Shown here: positions 18,784 to 27,404 of the stretch, one piece after another
Numbering within the stretch: position 1 is the stretch's first letter
Layout of the letters: each line of letters starts with the position of its first letter
NCBI RefSeq assembly: GCF_000299365.1
Contig: NC_018655.1
Location: forward strand, 1,230,001-1,262,000
Length of the DNA: 32,000 nt
Direction of reading: 5' to 3'
Origin: Candidatus Nitrosopumilus koreensis AR1
GTDB taxonomy: Archaea; Thermoproteota; Nitrososphaeria; Nitrososphaerales; Nitrosopumilaceae
Position numbers and translations under genes: made by a program
The notes under the pieces: model-generated
Told to the model about the DNA's origin: nothing
The model's input: the letters and a program-made list of their open reading frames with translations, nothing else
Database searches by the model: none

Positions 18784-18891
18784 CTATGAAGACCTCTTTA
18801 CCAGATGAGTCTTTTCATGGAGAAGTAATTGCTGGATGTTATCTTCAGCTGCATCCCAAGTGAAATTGCAGTGTTTGCAACGATATGTCAT
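18784..18891 (-). CDS. C2H2-like zinc-finger miniprotein (35 aa), MKYxCxxC...HEKTH family
   Basis: MTYRCKHCNFTWDAAEDNIQQLLLHEKTHLVKRSS. Its stop abuts the next start. Confidence 0.65.
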   Translation of the reverse strand: MTYRCKHCNFTWDAAEDNIQQLLLHEKTHLVKRSS

Positions 18892-19007
18892 TATTTGGCG
18901 GTACTCTCTGATTTCTTTTTTTCAGATTCTGTGAATGCATTTACATCACTAGCACTTTCGGTTTTACAAGAACCAATTTTCAGTTTTTCAAGTATTTTTT
19001 TAAACAT
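18891..19007 (-). CDS. Miniprotein (38 aa), MFKKIxEKLxxGSCKT family
   Basis: MFKKILEKLKIGSCKTESASDVNAFTESEKKKSESTAK. Paralog at 27289-27404. TAATG stop/start overlap with the next ORF. Confidence 0.6.
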   Translation of the reverse strand: MFKKILEKLKIGSCKTESASDVNAFTESEKKKSESTAK

Positions 19008-19166
19008 ACTTTATCTAGTTTATCTACGATATATACCGGCGTAATTCAACAAAAATTCCAATAATGTTAATCCTTACAAATTTCATAAAAATAAAAAAAG
19101 AGGTTTTGAGAATATCTGAAAATAATCTAGTTTAAAATTAATCAAACGAAACTAATCTAAAATCTT

Positions 19167-19295
19167 CTACTTTCTATGTTTTGGCAAACATTCTTTGCAA
19201 TATACGGGTCTATCCTGTTTTGGTTCGAAAGGAACTTCAGAATCTTTACCACAGTCAGCACATGTACATGGGTACATTTTTCTTTCTTGTGACAT
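19167..19295 (-). CDS. CxxC-x17-CxxC zinc-finger miniprotein (42 aa)
   Basis: MSQERKMYPCTCADCGKDSEVPFEPKQDRPVYCKECLPKHRK. The VPFxPxxxRPVYCxxC pattern is a known small Zn-binding domain. Confidence 0.7.
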   Translation of the reverse strand: MSQERKMYPCTCADCGKDSEVPFEPKQDRPVYCKECLPKHRK

Positions 19296-19630
19296 ACTTT
19301 TGATGAATTTCTTAGCTATAAGAACCGGTGTATTTGGGGGAAAAAGATCAATAATACATCTTGTTCTTATAATAGAAGAAAAGACAAGAGCATGAAAATA
19401 AAAACCACAAATATGACTAATTGTGTGGGTATTTCAAATTTCAACGGGCTTGATTTGATGCAATATGAATTATAGAAAATCTATTCTTTACTATCTTAAC
19501 ATATTGGATTCAGAATATGAAGAAAATAATGAGACCTTATCAGATGATTAAGAAAATTTTTTGATGAGATAAAATATGCCAGCGTAAACTCAAAAATCAA
19601 AGGCAAGAATAGATCACTATGTGATTGGGA

Positions 19631-19675
19631 TTAGGCACAAAAAATAATTGCAAAATAAGCCAGTTATTATATGAT
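19631..19675 (+). promoter_or_regulatory. Putative promoter with upstream TTAGGCACAAAA box and TATA-like TTATTATAT, in front of TFB-1
   Basis: Aligns over about 40 nt with 27232-27270 (TTAGGCACAAAA..TAA..CAAAAT..GCCAGT..ATATAT). The 12-mer core also occurs at 28121. Confidence 0.45.
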
Positions 19676-19688
19676 GAATAACAATTGA

Positions 19689-20633
19689 TTGCGGAATGAT
19701 TTTTTGGTTTTAGAAGTTATCAAGAGCGACTCTTTCTGCAATCGTTGTGGAAAAAATAGTGTGATTTCAGATAATGAGACAGGGGAAAGATTTTGTGATA
19801 AATGTGGTTTTGTAATTAGAGAAACATTACAATCATCAGGCCCAGAATGGAGGTCGTTTGCAAAAGAAGGAGGTACTGATCCAACCAGAACAGGAGCACC
19901 AACGTCGCTTACGATGCATGACAGAGGACTGTCCACAGTTATTAGTCAAAGTAACAGAGATGCTACTGGTAAGCCACTTTCAACATCTATGAAAAGTACC
20001 ATTGAAAGACTGCGAACTTGGGATAGCAGAAGTAAAGTAACTTCATCTGCAGATAAAAATCTCAGACAGGCACTTGGTCAGTTATCTGTACTTAAAGACA
20101 AACTTTCACTTTCTGATTCTGTAAATGAAAAAGCATCATACATTTACAGAAAAGCATTAGAAAATGGACTAGTAAAAGGCCGCTCCATATCAGCATTAAT
20201 TGCAGCATCAATATATGCAGCATGCAGAGATACTGAAACTCCTAGAACTCTAAAAGATGTTGCCGATGCAGGTAACATTAAGAAAAAAGATATTTCCAGA
20301 TGTTATAGAATATTGCATTATGAATTGGAACTCAAGATGCCTGTTGTAAATCCAATTCAATGTATTGCAAGAATTTCAAGTAAATTACGAATAACAGAAA
20401 AATCAAAGCGCTATGCAATCAAAGTACTTCAAGTTGCTCAAGAACATGAAGAAAGTGCTGGAAAAGATCCTATGGGTATTGCTGCAGCTGCATTATACCT
20501 AGCATGTGTCAAAAACAATGAATATGTAACTCAACGTGATGTTGCAGAAGCATCAAATGTTACCGAAGTCACAATAAGAAATCGATACAAAGGTCTAAGA
20601 TTAGACCAAGATACAGAATTACAGGTAAAATAG
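19689..20633 (+). CDS. tfb: Transcription initiation factor B (TFB), paralog 1
   Basis: Zn-ribbon CNRCG...CDKCG, B-reader/linker, and two cyclin-fold repeats. No ATG lies upstream of the ribbon, so the start is TTG at 19689 or 19704. Confidence 0.92.
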   Translation: MRNDFLVLEVIKSDSFCNRCGKNSVISDNETGERFCDKCGFVIRETLQSSGPEWRSFAKEGGTDPTRTGAPTSLTMHDRGLSTVISQSNRDATGKPLSTSMKSTIERLRTWDSRSKVTSSADKNLRQALGQLSVLKDKLSLSDSVNEKASYIYRKALENGLVKGRSISALIAASIYAACRDTETPRTLKDVADAGNIKKKDISRCYRILHYELELKMPVVNPIQCIARISSKLRITEKSKRYAIKVLQVAQEHEESAGKDPMGIAAAALYLACVKNNEYVTQRDVAEASNVTEVTIRNRYKGLRLDQDTELQVK

Positions 20634-20635
20634 AT

Positions 20636-21214
<579 letters not shown>

Positions 21215-21240
21215 ACTGTTGAAAATACACTACTAGTAAC

Positions 21241-22104
21241 TTAAGGGGCCATCGGTATCTGAATAAACGGAGTTCCGCCTTCACCAACTACCAGAGGCAA
21301 CTTTCCATCCCAGGCTTGTGTTTTTAGCCATTCCAAATAGTTTGGATTCTCAGAAAGTGCCTTATTGATAATTGCGATTGCTTCGGCCTCACCTTTGGCT
21401 TCTGCAATATTTGCATTAGCAAGACCAATGGCGTTTGCTTCACGTTGTCTTGCCTCCACCTCAATTCGTCTCAAATCATTTTCGGCCCGAAGTGCGTTTT
21501 GCTCTGCCTCTACTTTGGACTCGATGGCTTGAGCAAATAATGGCGAGAATTCAAAGTCAGTGATGGAAATCACATCTGTTACCACATTAAATTGGTTTAG
21601 CCTTTCTGTGATTGCAGCTTCAATATCTTGTTTGACAAGAGGCCTTTTTGTAATTAATTCTTCAGCATTGTACTTTGCAGTGACTTGTTTTACTGTCTCC
21701 TCGATTGCAGGCTGAATTACTCTGTTTTCATAATCCAGTCCCAAATTCTTGTAGAGTGTGTGTACTCTTTCTTTATCGGGATGATAGTTGACTGTAACTG
21801 TTGTCTCAACTGTCTGCAAATCTCTTGATGCACTGCGGGCATCACTTGCATATTTTAGAGTACGAACTTCAATGTTGACTACTTCATCTTGGAATGGCAC
21901 TACAAAATGCAATCCTTCATCAAGTGGAGGTTGCGTTAAATCAACTGCATTCCAGTGTAAAAGAACGCCTCTGTGACCAGAATCCACGATTTTTACTGAC
22001 GCAGTAGCTATTACTCCAATCAAAATAAGAACAACAATTCCTATTGCAACACCTTTTGCGGCATTCATATTTACATTAACACTAGGCGAACGGTATTGAG
22101 ACAA
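21241..22104 (-). CDS. SPFH/Band-7 (prohibitin-like) membrane protein
   Basis: N-terminal TM, an SPFH core (GHRGVLLHWNAV...), and a C-terminal Ala/Glu-rich coiled coil. Confidence 0.85.
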   Translation of the reverse strand: MSQYRSPSVNVNMNAAKGVAIGIVVLILIGVIATASVKIVDSGHRGVLLHWNAVDLTQPPLDEGLHFVVPFQDEVVNIEVRTLKYASDARSASRDLQTVETTVTVNYHPDKERVHTLYKNLGLDYENRVIQPAIEETVKQVTAKYNAEELITKRPLVKQDIEAAITERLNQFNVVTDVISITDFEFSPLFAQAIESKVEAEQNALRAENDLRRIEVEARQREANAIGLANANIAEAKGEAEAIAIINKALSENPNYLEWLKTQAWDGKLPLVVGEGGTPFIQIPMAP

Positions 22105-22552
22105 GTACAGATTGTAGTTGTTTCTCTTTATTATACCCGTAGATTAACGCGGGTTTATTAGTAAGAACAGACATTTTATTGCGAAATGATTTTTTGGAAT
22201 TTGATTCAATTCAGAGTTATGCAAACTCGAGTCTATAGAGGCTCAATTAATGAATGATTATACTTTTACACGTAATTGTTTAGAATTAGATAGAAAATAT
22301 CTTTGCCATGATTGTGTAAAGAATTCATGTAATGTTGTAGAACAAATGGCGGTTTCATAGTTGTTCAAATCAAAACTTCGGAATCGTGATCAATCATCTA
22401 ATATTATAATAATTACGCTGGTGGGATTATCCATACTGTTTGTTTATTTTGGATTGGAGCGATGAATATGACAAGGAAATTTGCATTAATTGAAAAAATA
22501 CAGATAGTCACTTTTCAAGGATTGCTTCAACGCATAAAAATTGAGAACAGAT

Positions 22553-22666
22553 ATGGTTAAGAAAAAATGTGATAGATGCGGTTCTGTTTTAGGAATTGAA
22601 AGTACGAAAACAAAACAAAAATTTTGTGGCAAATGCAAAAAAAAGTTTCAATTGCACCGATATTAG
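22553..22666 (+). CDS. Zn-ribbon miniprotein (37 aa)
   Basis: MVKKKCDRCGSVLGIESTKTKQKFCGKCKKKFQLHRY, with a CxxC-x14-CxxC pattern. Confidence 0.45.
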   Translation: MVKKKCDRCGSVLGIESTKTKQKFCGKCKKKFQLHRY

Positions 22667-22694
22667 ACAATCATTCTGAGCAGATAAGGTGAGA

Positions 22695-22850
22695 CTATTC
22701 CTTATAGTGAACTAGCAAAGAATTTCCCATGACAGGCATCACTGCAATTATGTTTTCACCTTTTTCTGCTAGAAAGTCATTTACCACATCTTGAAGATAT
22801 ACGCCTTCAGACAGTGTCTTTGTTTCAAAATAGCGAATTTTATGAATCAT
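22695..22850 (-). CDS. Hypothetical miniprotein (51 aa)
   Basis: ATG-initiated ORF MIHKIRYFETKTLSEGVYLQDVVNDFLAEKGENIIAVMPVMGNSLLVHYKE with protein-like composition. Confidence 0.4.
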   Translation of the reverse strand: MIHKIRYFETKTLSEGVYLQDVVNDFLAEKGENIIAVMPVMGNSLLVHYKE

Positions 22851-23540
22851 TGTAGATAAAAAATGCATGTACAAGTATATTATACTTTGAAAATGAGAAA
22901 AATTTCCCTAAATACTAGTGTGACATACAATAGTATGAACTGTAACAAGAAAAGTGAAGCACATCTTTGGAGATATTCGAAACACAATAAAATTCGTAGA
23001 TGCTTAAAGTGTAAATCTAGACTGCCAATTACTGAGAAAGAATACTATCTCAAATGGGGCATGCATGAAAACATTGCAAAGTAGATAAATTATATTTTAT
23101 TTATTTTCCTATTTCTCTTGCACAAGTTGATGAACAAGTAGAATCATGACTCAAACTTTCATATTCTCTGCCACAATGAACACATTTTCTAAAAGACATG
23201 TAATAATTACATGTTCATGTTATAAAAGAAAACATTTTTTCAGTTAATTCTATTGTTAGGAACAATCAGACAAAACCATCTATTTGAATTCAAAAGACAA
23301 AGAAGTTATTAAAAAACAAAACAAAATTCAAGATAATTCAAGTTTAACAAACAAATCCAAGTTTAATTACTTTCTTGAATATTCAACCACTTAAAGGAGG
23401 GTTAGATGTAGTTTAATCGGTTTAGTGGAGTTGAAGATGAGACAGTTTTGTTCACTCACTGCCACTATTCCAAAATTAATTTTAAAATTCAAATTTCATG
23501 TATTGCCAACGTTAATAGTGTAGAGTGCTTACTAATTGCA

Positions 23541-23855
23541 TTGGGAAAACGTCAAGTAAAAAATGAAAGTGCACTAAAGGAAATAAAATTGCCTGCAAAT
23601 GAGGAAGAGCAGTTTGGAAGAGTTATCAAAATGATGGGAGGAGAAAATCTCATGGTAAAATGTCAAGACAAGGTTGTCCGAAGAGGACGTATTAGAGGTA
23701 AACTAAAGAGAAGAGTGTGGATCAGAGCCAATGACGTAGTGATTATAGCACCTTGGGAATTTGGAAAAGAGGATCGAGGAGATATTTTGTGGAGATATAC
23801 ACTGCCACAAGTAGAATGGTTAAAACAAGAAAAATACATTCCGCTAGACTTTTAG
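23541..23855 (+). CDS. Translation initiation factor aIF-1A
   Basis: S1/OB-fold pattern FGRVIKMMGGENLMVKCQDKVVRRGRIRGKLKRRVWIRANDVVIIAPW...DILWRY. The long ORF from 23448 has a non-protein-like leader, so TTG at 23541 is the most plausible start (104 aa). Confidence 0.85.
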   Translation: MGKRQVKNESALKEIKLPANEEEQFGRVIKMMGGENLMVKCQDKVVRRGRIRGKLKRRVWIRANDVVIIAPWEFGKEDRGDILWRYTLPQVEWLKQEKYIPLDF

Positions 23856-23976
23856 ATTCAAGTCCTTAGAGACGTTTGGAAACAAAGAAGATTCAATTTA
23901 GAATCACTGGACCAGACATCACCATTTCAACTCTAAAAATGGGTACATTATCAATGAAATGCATCCCAAACAAGAT

Positions 23977-24153
23977 TTAATGTTGAATACAAAATTTACA
24001 AGGGATAAACCCTTGGTTTGTTGCTTGTTCTAAAATATCTGGTGTAAAGTACTGTCGATGTTTCATATCTATGTTGTAAATATCACATTCTTTTTTCTTG
24101 CAAGCAAGATGGTGAACAAGTTTAGATTTAGCATCTCCCAAATATCCTGCCAT
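23977..24153 (-). CDS. Small Ada-type metal-binding-domain-like protein (58 aa)
   Basis: SKLVHHLACKK...YFTPDILEQATNQGFIPCKFC resembles the YHxxxC...F.....A...G..PCK.C pattern of the Ada Zn-binding domain. The internal ATG at 24153 is preferred. Confidence 0.5.
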   Translation of the reverse strand: MAGYLGDAKSKLVHHLACKKKECDIYNIDMKHRQYFTPDILEQATNQGFIPCKFCIQH

Positions 24154-24340
24154 TTTTAATCCTCCAAAAATTTGTGACGCATGATACATTCGTATTGATT
24201 TTTGTATCCTGGCATCTTGACTTTAGCATTATGCAGACATGTGTTTTGTGTAATTATTTTAAATACCAAATCAAAACACCCTATCGTTAATTATGCACTC
24301 CAAATTTTTATCCTGTAAGTGACGTTATTCTTAATCATGA

Positions 24341-24865
24341 TTATTCACTATCCTGTAATTTGTTATAATCCAACATAATTTTTGGGAGTTTATCATCATG
24401 GTTTATGTGAATTTTGTGTTTTTTGCAGTAATGAAAATAATTTGGCCAGTTCTTTTTAGTTGTGTTTAAAAAATCCTCTCCAACCATATCATCATACCAA
24501 TCAATAATGCTCAAACCATATGCAAAAAATCGTTCAAGATAGGTAGCAATTCCTTTTGGTATTTTTCCAGCATCATCTAAAAAGGCTATCTCATCCACGG
24601 TGTTTAGATAATCATTTGCATATCTCTTACAATCATCTGTAGTTTTAAGAATGGAGTTTTTGTTAAGACGATTTGTCAAGTCTTCATGAAATCCTCGTAA
24701 TAGTTGAGAGTAAGTTGTGTTGGTGCTTTCATGGATATTTTTCCAAGTAATCACAACCAACACAGCAAGTATAGTTGCAGTTACAGAACTTACAATAATT
24801 GCAATTGTGGATAAATCTAGAGTTTGTGGAATTTGCAGTAATATACTTTCAAAATTAAGCAACAT
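24341..24865 (-). CDS. Hypothetical membrane-anchored protein
   Basis: 174-aa ORF with one N-terminal TM (IAIIVSSVTATILAVLVVITW). No recognisable domain. Confidence 0.55.
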   Translation of the reverse strand: MLLNFESILLQIPQTLDLSTIAIIVSSVTATILAVLVVITWKNIHESTNTTYSQLLRGFHEDLTNRLNKNSILKTTDDCKRYANDYLNTVDEIAFLDDAGKIPKGIATYLERFFAYGLSIIDWYDDMVGEDFLNTTKKNWPNYFHYCKKHKIHINHDDKLPKIMLDYNKLQDSE

Positions 24866-25295
24866 AGTTTTATCATTAATCTACCTGATTGAAAATACAA
24901 TCATTATGAGTCTGGGTCATTTTTATGGTTCCCAATGACAATCGCAATTACATCCCTTTTGGCAATGAACTCTTTTACAATCAGAACATGTTTTTTGATA
25001 ATGGGATGGTATTGTGTTCACAATATTGATAGTTGTTTCATCCTAATTAACCTACAATTAAGGAAGATCTGCAAGTAAAACAGAAGTAATTACCATATCG
25101 TAGTGGTGTAAGTTTGGGAATATGCATAAAAGTACTGAATTAACTACTCAGTTACGTATACCAATTGGCAAGAAATCATCTGCATCTTATATGTTAGTAC
25201 GGCCTCTTAATGTATGACAAAAAATTCATTGCCAAAACAACAAAGTAAATACAACTATCAATCAACTAACCAATTCTTGTATGGTGGAAACTAAA

Positions 25296-25469
25296 TTTGT
25301 ACTGTGCAAATTGTGGGAATCAGGCAAGTTGGAGAGATCCTACATGTAACAAATGCAAAAAACCATTACATCAAACAAATTGTAAAACAAAGTCATCTGA
25401 TTGCAAATGTCACCAAATCAACGAACAGGCATGGACACAAAAAAAGACCCCAGATACAATATAAAATAG
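25296..25469 (+). CDS. Cys-rich miniprotein (57 aa, TTG start)
   Basis: (M)YCANCGNQASWRDPTCNKCKKPLHQTNCKTKSSDCKCHQ... has a Zn-ribbon-like CxxC-x9-CxxC. No ATG is available. Confidence 0.35.
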
Positions 25470-25497
25470 ATTTAATCTAGATATTTTTCTAATTAAT

Positions 25498-25632
25498 TCA
25501 CTTTGAACATTTGTCGCATGATGATTCACCAATCATGCTATTTACAGGTTTGAATGTATTGTGGCATATTGCACAGATGTTTAGTAAGGTTATTCCATTA
25601 ACGACAGTAGGATCTTTTTGTTTTTCTGTCAA
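25498..25632 (-). CDS. Zn-ribbon miniprotein (44 aa, TTG start) directly downstream of TFB-2
   Basis: (M)TEKQKDPTVVNGITLLNICAICHNTFKPVNSMIGESSCDKCSK, with CxxC-x16-CxxC. Begins 14 nt after the TFB-2 stop. Confidence 0.35.
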   Translation of the reverse strand: MTEKQKDPTVVNGITLLNICAICHNTFKPVNSMIGESSCDKCSK

Positions 25633-25646
25633 TTAATCAGTCTCTG

Positions 25647-26576
25647 CTAATTGATTGTTGAAAACAAACCCAACTTTGTTTTAAATTCACGAATTCTATT
25701 TCTTATTGAAACTGTACTGGTGTTTGCAGCTTCGGCAACTTGGGTTTGGGATTTTAGTTCTCCAGTAATCACACATGCTGCATAAATTACAGATGCTGCC
25801 AAAATTTCCGGATTTTTACCAACCGTGATTCCTGCATCTTGGGCTACAGTTAAAATTTGTGTTGCTTTGCGAATTGTTTTTTCAGATAATTCAAGTTTAC
25901 TGGTAATCTTAGAAATTAACTTTATTGGATTTACTACATTTACTGTAAATCCCAATTCTTTAAACAATATGCGATAAGCCCGAGAGATCTCTTTTCTTTT
26001 AATCACAAATTGAATGGCAATTTCTGTTAGAGATCTATCATGTTCAAGATCCTTGCATGCCGCATACAGGCATGCTGCTGCAACCGATTTTACGGTTCTG
26101 CCTCGAATAAGATTTCTCTTTATTGCCTTTCTATAAAACAGAGATGCTCGTTCAATTATAGTGTCAGATAGGCCTAATTTTGATTGTACTTTGTCAAATT
26201 CCACAAGTGCAACCCTAAGATTTTTGTCTGCCGAGTTTTTTGTTTGTGACCTACTATCCCATTTTCGTAGTCTTCCAAATATCTGAACAGTTTTTACAGG
26301 TAGAGGTTTTCCAACTGAATCTCGATTCTGTGCACCTATGATTGTGTTTAGTCCTTTGTCATGCATTTTAAGTGTCAACCCAGGACCAGTTCTTGTGTTA
26401 TCAGATGTACTTGAAATAAATCTACGATCCGTCCCTCTGTATTCAGCATTTTCTGAAATTACAAATCCACAACTTGAACAAACAGTTTCTCCAAGAATCT
26501 CATCAGTTACAAATCCAGAAGCATTACAGTAATTACAAAAAATTTTTGCTTTTTCAACTGTTGTAGTTAATGTCAA
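25647..26576 (-). CDS. tfb: Transcription initiation factor B (TFB), paralog 2 (divergent)
   Basis: Zn-ribbon CNYC...CSSCG and two cyclin-fold repeats. Clearly more divergent from TFB-1 and TFB-3 than those two are from each other. Confidence 0.92.
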   Translation of the reverse strand: MTLTTTVEKAKIFCNYCNASGFVTDEILGETVCSSCGFVISENAEYRGTDRRFISSTSDNTRTGPGLTLKMHDKGLNTIIGAQNRDSVGKPLPVKTVQIFGRLRKWDSRSQTKNSADKNLRVALVEFDKVQSKLGLSDTIIERASLFYRKAIKRNLIRGRTVKSVAAACLYAACKDLEHDRSLTEIAIQFVIKRKEISRAYRILFKELGFTVNVVNPIKLISKITSKLELSEKTIRKATQILTVAQDAGITVGKNPEILAASVIYAACVITGELKSQTQVAEAANTSTVSIRNRIREFKTKLGLFSTIN

Positions 26577-26585
26577 AAATTTTCG

Positions 26586-26750
26586 CTAAACCGTTATAGT
26601 TATTTTTTTAGCAATACAATCAGAATGAATTTCCTTATCTGTATTAATATTGCAATTGTGGCAAATAAACTCTATGGGGTTTTTACATTCAGAACAGCTT
26701 TGATATACTTCCATTCTGTTTCCACATTTTCTACAAGAGGTTATTTTCAT
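26586..26750 (-). CDS. Zn-ribbon miniprotein (54 aa) directly upstream of TFB-2
   Basis: MKITSCRKCGNRMEVYQSCSECKNPIEFICHNCNINTDKEIHSDCIAKKITITV. Its stop is 9 nt before the TFB-2 start. Confidence 0.55.
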   Translation of the reverse strand: MKITSCRKCGNRMEVYQSCSECKNPIEFICHNCNINTDKEIHSDCIAKKITITV

Positions 26751-26829
26751 GACTTACAATGTGTTATTGTTTGTATTAAAGGTGTGTAAAATTAGTAGAC
26801 ACTAATGTACATTGACACCACTAAACATT

Positions 26830-27012
26830 TTAAAGTTCATGAGATATGTACTCTACATCATCCTCATCAGATAATGCATCATGAAATTTTTGAAATATTG
26901 AATCATCCATTTTAGATAGAAATAACATAAATTCTAATTCCAATACTTTCAAACGATTCATTTCTGCTAATTCTTTTTCCATTATTTTTGATACGATTAA
27001 TTGTTGATTCAT
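26830..27012 (-). CDS. Small helical protein, EMNRLKxLELEF family
   Basis: 60-aa ORF. EKELAEMNRLKVLELEFMLFLSKMDDSIFQKFHDAL aligns with the N-terminal half of 30674-30928. Confidence 0.6.
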   Translation of the reverse strand: MNQQLIVSKIMEKELAEMNRLKVLELEFMLFLSKMDDSIFQKFHDALSDEDDVEYISHEL

Positions 27013-27231
27013 TATAATTTGATAATTGGTAACCCATGTAAAAGATGGGAAAGATGTAATTCTATTCGTCTTTTTTAGAAGAGTCGTCTTTCTTTGGCTC
27101 TTCTTTTTTCTCGTCGTTACCGACTACTATTGTTGGGTTCTGTTCTTTATTTTCCATATCTATATAGATATTAAACTACATATATACTTAGTCAAAGAAG
27201 TTTATAGATAGTCAATTATATGTATAGAAAA

Positions 27232-27270
27232 TTAGGCACAAAATAACAAAATCCAGCCAGTATATATCAT
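27232..27270 (+). promoter_or_regulatory. Putative promoter with TTAGGCACAAAA box and TATATAT, in front of miniprotein cluster B
   Basis: Aligns with 19631-19675. Lies 10-20 nt upstream of the ATGs at 27280 and 27289. Confidence 0.45.
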
Positions 27271-27288
27271 AGAAGAATCATGAAAGGT

Positions 27289-27404
27289 ATGTTCAAAAAA
27301 TAATTGAAAAACTAAGGTTTGGGTCTTGTAAGACAATGCCTTCTAAAGATGCAGATTCATTCAAAGAAGCTCAGAAAAACAACAAAGAGGATTTTAAAAA
27401 ATAA
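27289..27404 (+). pseudogene. MFKKIxEKLxxGSCKT-family miniprotein, out of frame because of an A6 run (A7 would restore it)
   Basis: As given, ATG TTC AAA AAA TAA stops after 4 codons. With one more A at 27295-27300 it reads MFKKIIEKLRFGSCKTMPSKDADSFKEAQKNNKEDFKK, ending directly before the ATG at 27405, the next miniprotein start. Paralog of 18891-19007. Confidence 0.5.

Noticed and set aside
19545-19680. C/D-box sRNA candidates (TGATGA-like boxes at 19561 and 19671)
   Set aside because: No suitably spaced CTGA D box or terminal stem could be found.
24935-25030. GTG-initiated 31-aa Cys-rich frame on the minus strand (…CSDCKRVHCQKGCNCDCHWEP)
   Set aside because: It is Cys-rich like its neighbours, but it is unique and short with a GTG start, so the evidence is insufficient for a feature call.
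27026-27211. 61-aa plus-strand ORF and a 31-aa acidic minus-strand ORF (27062-27157, MENKEQNPTIVVGNDEKKEEPKKDDSSKKDE)
   Set aside because: The plus-strand ORF is poly-F/L/V nonsense. The minus-strand peptide is plausible but has no paralog or motif to support it.
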